The translations under genes and the position numbers were made by a program. 64,000 nt of DNA, from contig JBBIPC010000003.1 of NCBI GenBank assembly GCA_037443035.1, positions 122,951-186,950 on the forward strand. Direction: 5' to 3'. This DNA is from Chthonomonadales bacterium. Lineage in GTDB: Bacteria > Armatimonadota > Chthonomonadetes > Chthonomonadales > CAJBBX01. The notes under the pieces were generated by a model. The model was not told where the DNA came from and did no database searches. It saw nothing but the letters and a program-made list of their open reading frames with translations. How positions within the stretch are numbered: the first letter of the stretch is position 1; every line of letters starts with the position of its first letter. Of the stretch, positions 59,845 to 64,000 are shown piece by piece.

Positions 59845-60780
59845 ATGGGCGACCATCCCGACGTGCGGCAGGTGGCACGGCCAGTTGTCATCGCCGAGTC
59901 CATGGCACTGGACCGGCAGCTCGGCTGTCACGTTCTACTGGCTCTGGAAACGTTTCAGTGGACGGGAAGTTTCAAGTTCCGCGCTGCCTACAACGTGGCC
60001 AGATCCGTAGCGCAGGATCGGATCCTGGCAGCGTCCTCGGGCAACTTCGGTCAGGCGCTTGCGTACGCGTGCATGCTCACAGGCAAAGCCTGCACCATCG
60101 TCATGCCAGCGACTTCCGCGCAAGTGAAGGTAGCGGCCGTCCGCAGCTACGGCGGCCTGGTAGATCTGATCGACACAGAACGGATCTCGCGAGCGGACCG
60201 AGTGAAGGAGCTGGCAGCCACGATGCCCGATGCGTATGTCGCCAGCGCCTACGACGATCCGCTGGTGATCGAGGGAAATGCCACCCTGGGCGAGGAGATT
60301 GCCTCGGCATGCGCATGCGATGCTGTCGTCGTGCCTGTCGGAGGGGGAGGACTGGCGTCCGGTGTCATCACGGGGCTGCGGCGTCGTTGTTCCACCGCCG
60401 ACGTCATCGGTGCCGAACCCCTTCTGGCCAACGATGCTGCGTGCTCGCTTCGGGAAGGCCGTATCGTAGCCAATCCTGTGGAGCCGCAGACGATTGCCGA
60501 CGGAGCACGCACCGTCAGCCTGGGTAAGCATAACTGGGAACTCCTCCGCGGTGGTCTTGCAGGGATTGTCGAGGTGCCCGAGGACGCCATCGCCCACGCC
60601 GTGCGCATACTCTTCTCGCTGGCCAACGTCAAGGCCGAACCCACCGGCGCCCTCTCCGTGGCAGCGGTATGGACAAGCCCAGAGCGCTTCGCCCGCAAGA
60701 CCGTATGCTGTGTCATCAGCGGCGGCAACGTGGATCCTGCGGTCTACATGGAGATCATTGCGCATGGATCTGTCGAGTAG
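59845..60780 (+). CDS. PLP-dependent threonine/serine dehydratase or racemase (fold type II, no ACT domain)
   Basis: ETFQWTGSFKFR, ASSGN, VVVPVGGGGL, TIADG, AEPTGA, ISGGNVD; start uncertain. Confidence 0.88.
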   Translation: MGDHPDVRQVARPVVIAESMALDRQLGCHVLLALETFQWTGSFKFRAAYNVARSVAQDRILAASSGNFGQALAYACMLTGKACTIVMPATSAQVKVAAVRSYGGLVDLIDTERISRADRVKELAATMPDAYVASAYDDPLVIEGNATLGEEIASACACDAVVVPVGGGGLASGVITGLRRRCSTADVIGAEPLLANDAACSLREGRIVANPVEPQTIADGARTVSLGKHNWELLRGGLAGIVEVPEDAIAHAVRILFSLANVKAEPTGALSVAAVWTSPERFARKTVCCVISGGNVDPAVYMEIIAHGSVE

Positions 60781-60847
60781 GTAAGGTAACGATCGGTTAC
60801 TCGACAACTGCGCCCATTGTCGGGAGTGAAATGCGTCGCTATTTCGA

Positions 60848-60887
60848 GTGCGGCCCGACGTTCTCGACGATGGGCGTCGGGCCGCAC
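60848..60887. terminator. 13-bp hairpin between convergent genes
   Basis: GTGCGGCCCGACG ... CGTCGGGCCGCAC. Confidence 0.6.
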
Positions 60888-60947
60888 AGCATGTGCTGGT
60901 TTGGACAACGAGTTACGGCGAGGAAGCGTCAGCGTATCATCCTCCAG

Positions 60948-63900
60948 CTACGAGGTTCCCCGTGTCTCCTCCTCCACGAGGACGGGCCTCCAGCGCCATT
61001 CGCGCCCCAGGTAGGTTCGGTTCACCCAGCGCACGAAGTCGTCCACGTACGTGTGCATGATGGGAATATCGAAGAGGCTGAGGATCGTGCCCATCGTTAG
61101 ACCCCCGAGGACGGCCACCGCAAGGGGTTGATAGGCGTCCAGACCAGTCTTGGGGAACGCTGCAACCGGAAACATGACGATGATGGTGATGCAGGAGGTC
61201 ATGAGAATGGGCCGCAGCCGCTGTGGGCACGCATTCGCCACCGCCTCGTCTCGTTCCACGCCGGCGTCGCGATAGCGCATGATCATATCGATCAGCAACA
61301 CAGCGGTCGTGATATCCATACCTGTCAGCACGATGATGCCCAGAATGGACACCGTGGAGAAGGCCTGCCCTGAGGCCCAGAGCGCGATGAACACGCCCGA
61401 GAGTTCCAAGGGCAGCGAAGCGACCATCTGCAGTGGTTGGAGGAAGCCCCGGAACTGGACGACGAGCACGAAGTACATGAGGATCAACGCCAGCGCCAGC
61501 CCGATCAGTAGCCTGCGGAAGCTGTCCATCATCTGGGTCATGTCGCCCCGCATCTCCATACCATACCCGGGTGGGAAGTTCACCGGCGCGACACCAAGCT
61601 GCTCGTTCCCGCCATAGGCGTTGGCCACAAGGTTCATGACCACGTCCATGGACGGGAGGTTCCCAGGGCGGTAGTAGCCAGTAATGCCCATCACCCGACG
61701 GAGCCCATCGTGTTCGATGGCAGTGGGTGCTACCGTCCTTTCTACTCGCGCCAAGCTCTCCAATGGTACCGCGCGGCCGTCCGAAGTGCTGATATACAGG
61801 TCGGCTAGATCCTCGGCAGTACGTCTTTGGCGCTCGTCGTAACGGATGGAGATCGTGTCCTGCCTGAGGTTGTCCAGTCGGAAGAACTCGTCGGCTAGAC
61901 CGCCGCGCAGGGCATAGTAGGCTTGATCGGCAATGTCCCGTGGCGTCAGACCCAGGCTCTGTGCACGGTCTCGGTCCACCTGTATCTTGTACGATGGGAC
62001 GCCCATCGCCCACGTGGTGGCCGGTTGAAACAGCTCGGGCATCTTTTGCGCAGTCGTTAGCACCTGTCGGCCGATCCGGTCCAACTCCTGCAGATCAGGG
62101 CCGTAGATGTTCACATGTATGGGTGCCGCCGCCGTTGCCATGACGTCGGAGCCCATCTCCTTGATCTGGAGCCGCCGTATGCCCGGTATGGTCGCTAGGG
62201 CCTCTCGCTGCACCCCGTCTATCACCTGGAAGATCGTACGGCGGCGCTTGTCTTTATCGCTCAGGGTCAGCATGAACGCAGCGGCGTTGGCGGCGGGCAT
62301 TTGGTAGCCAGTAAAGTACGGGCTCCAGGTCTCGAACATGGACTCCGCTCCAACTTCGATACTGGCCTTCTCGATCTCTGGGTAGCGGAGCATGATCTCC
62401 TCGAGCTTGTGCACCGCCTTTGCCGTAGCGTCGAACGATGTGCCCGGCTGCATCTCTAGGACTCCGCTCGCCTGTCCGACGTCGGCTAGGGGCATCATCT
62501 CGGAGCCGATGAAGTAATAGAACGTAGACCCCACGATCACTGTGGCAGCGATGCGGGAGAGGTTGGCGAAGCGATGCCGGAGCATCCACCGGACGGAACG
62601 GGCGTAGCCCGCCTCCATTCTATCGAGAACGCGCTGCACCGGGTCGAGGACCATGTACAGATGCCGTAGAACGGGCTTCTGACGATCCGCTCGCCGCTCC
62701 TCGTCATGCCGCAGCAGGTTCGCTGCCAGCAGCGCCGTGAGCGTGAACGAGACCAACATGGAGGCGACAAGCGCGAAGATCAATGGCCAGACCAGCTCGC
62801 GGAACATGGCCTCCGTGATACCGCCCGAGAAAAGAAGCGGCGAAAGCGCGATGACGACCATGGTCGTGGAGGCGATGACCGCCAACCGCACCTCAGCGAT
62901 GCCGTCTATGGTGGCGGTCTTGGGATCTTTGCCCATTCGCAAGTGCCGCTCCACGGCGTGAATGTCGATGATGCTGTCGTCCACGAGCCGGCCAATGGAG
63001 AGCAACAGGCCCACGAGCGTGCCGCTGTTGAACGTCATGCCGAAGGGGAGCATGAACAACACCGCCAGCGCCAGCGAAGTCGGGATGGTGATCAGGGAAA
63101 TGAGCGTGCCGCGCCATTCGCCTAGGAAAAGGAGCACCGCGATCGCCGTCAGCAGAATGGCCAGACCAAGCTCGTGCCAGACGTTGTCGAAGAGAATGCC
63201 CACGAAATGTGCGTTGTCGTAGGCCACCTCGAAGCGAACGCCAGGGTTCTCGCGCTCCAACTCACGGATGATCTCCATGACTTTCGGCACCACGCGCGCC
63301 GAGCTAGCTCCGGGGTCCTGGATGACCGACACGCCGATGGACGGCAGTACCTCCCCCTTGCCGCCCGGAGGATGGTTGAGGAATCTGTAGGCCGAGCGGC
63401 GCTCCCAGTGGCCATCGAACACGCGCGCCACGTCGCCCACGCGGATGATCTGCGGAGGCCCACTGCTATCGCTCGGGCTGCCTCCACCCGGTCGCGGTTC
63501 GGACTCCGCCGGCGCACCTGCCGTGCCCATGCCACCCATGGCTCCGGACCCCCCATCGGGTGCTGTGGCGCTGACAGAGGGGCGGGCCGTGCGGATCGGG
63601 TAGCGCCGCACGTCCTCGGGAGTTCGCGCTCGCGTATCCACGCGGACAATGCCCTCAGCCTCTCCGGTCGTGAGGTTGCCGGCTGGACGATTGATGCTCT
63701 GCCGATCTATGGCGGCCTTCACGTCTAGGATGGACAGTCCCCGTGCGGCCAGCTTGTCCCGGTCCACCACCACCTGGAGCTGACGGCGATAGCCGCCGAA
63801 CGGTACGACCGAATACACGTTGTCCACGCGCTTGAGACGGTTCACGACCGCGTTATCGGCGAACTCGCGCAACCGCCTCAGATCCCATCCACTACCTGGA

Positions 63901-64000
63901 TCTGCCCGAAGGCTGAAGGTGATGACTGGTAGGTTCAGTGGGTCAATGGGAACGACCCACGACGGCTTCAGATTAGCGCCTGTGGCTGGAAGGTTCGCCT
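60948..64000 (-). CDS. RND-family efflux permease (AcrB/CzcA-like); 5' end lies outside the window
   Basis: LFLGEWRGTLISLITIP, IGRLVDDSI, FRELVWP, RLRPILMTS, YQPLAVAVLGGL. Confidence 0.92.
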   Translation of the reverse strand, partial: ANLPATGANLKPSWVVPIDPLNLPVITFSLRADPGSGWDLRRLREFADNAVVNRLKRVDNVYSVVPFGGYRRQLQVVVDRDKLAARGLSILDVKAAIDRQSINRPAGNLTTGEAEGIVRVDTRARTPEDVRRYPIRTARPSVSATAPDGGSGAMGGMGTAGAPAESEPRPGGGSPSDSSGPPQIIRVGDVARVFDGHWERRSAYRFLNHPPGGKGEVLPSIGVSVIQDPGASSARVVPKVMEIIRELERENPGVRFEVAYDNAHFVGILFDNVWHELGLAILLTAIAVLLFLGEWRGTLISLITIPTSLALAVLFMLPFGMTFNSGTLVGLLLSIGRLVDDSIIDIHAVERHLRMGKDPKTATIDGIAEVRLAVIASTTMVVIALSPLLFSGGITEAMFRELVWPLIFALVASMLVSFTLTALLAANLLRHDEERRADRQKPVLRHLYMVLDPVQRVLDRMEAGYARSVRWMLRHRFANLSRIAATVIVGSTFYYFIGSEMMPLADVGQASGVLEMQPGTSFDATAKAVHKLEEIMLRYPEIEKASIEVGAESMFETWSPYFTGYQMPAANAAAFMLTLSDKDKRRRTIFQVIDGVQREALATIPGIRRLQIKEMGSDVMATAAAPIHVNIYGPDLQELDRIGRQVLTTAQKMPELFQPATTWAMGVPSYKIQVDRDRAQSLGLTPRDIADQAYYALRGGLADEFFRLDNLRQDTISIRYDERQRRTAEDLADLYISTSDGRAVPLESLARVERTVAPTAIEHDGLRRVMGITGYYRPGNLPSMDVVMNLVANAYGGNEQLGVAPVNFPPGYGMEMRGDMTQMMDSFRRLLIGLALALILMYFVLVVQFRGFLQPLQMVASLPLELSGVFIALWASGQAFSTVSILGIIVLTGMDITTAVLLIDMIMRYRDAGVERDEAVANACPQRLRPILMTSCITIIVMFPVAAFPKTGLDAYQPLAVAVLGGLTMGTILSLFDIPIMHTYVDDFVRWVNRTYLGREWRWRPVLVEEETRGTS

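Overview
High-GC (visually about 60-65%) chromosomal backbone with dense coding. I see no CRISPR array, rRNA, transposase, integrase or phage genes. The gene mix (prepilin/DUF1559 H-X9-DG proteins, URO-D family, DUF4855, a DUF1549/1553-DUF1501-PPC trio, LptF/G plus LptD, PyrR attenuation) suggests a diderm Terrabacterium, most likely Armatimonadota (inference). Main blocks: ymdB, ppk2, ilvD; a PyrR-attenuated operon pyrR-pyrB-pyrC-amidohydrolase-carA-lepB-GT-C-carB(N half)-methyltransferase-carB(C half); two prepilin + micro-(lipo)protein modules; lptF/G-lptD-M16 pair; a mixed sugar ABC operon; two Zn-ribbon membrane proteins; thrS; DUF4855; DUF1553/DUF1501/PPC; tgt and tRNA-Arg(CCG); rpmH-rnpA-yidD-yidC-jag without dnaA; czcD plus a chrA pair; gdhA; and a partial RND permease. 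The best hidden signals are non-coding: (i) a roughly 80-nt three-hairpin sRNA candidate with anti-SD/anti-AUG segments and an ECF-type promoter, convergent with jag/khpB; (ii) a leader-peptide attenuator (not a T-box) in front of thrS; (iii) a roughly 190-nt multi-stem leader behind a near-consensus promoter. Also notable are a cleanly split CarB with a methyltransferase between the halves, and a membrane-anchored Zn-ribbon protein ending in an L7/L12-CTD-like domain. All assignments are by eye; no searches were run.
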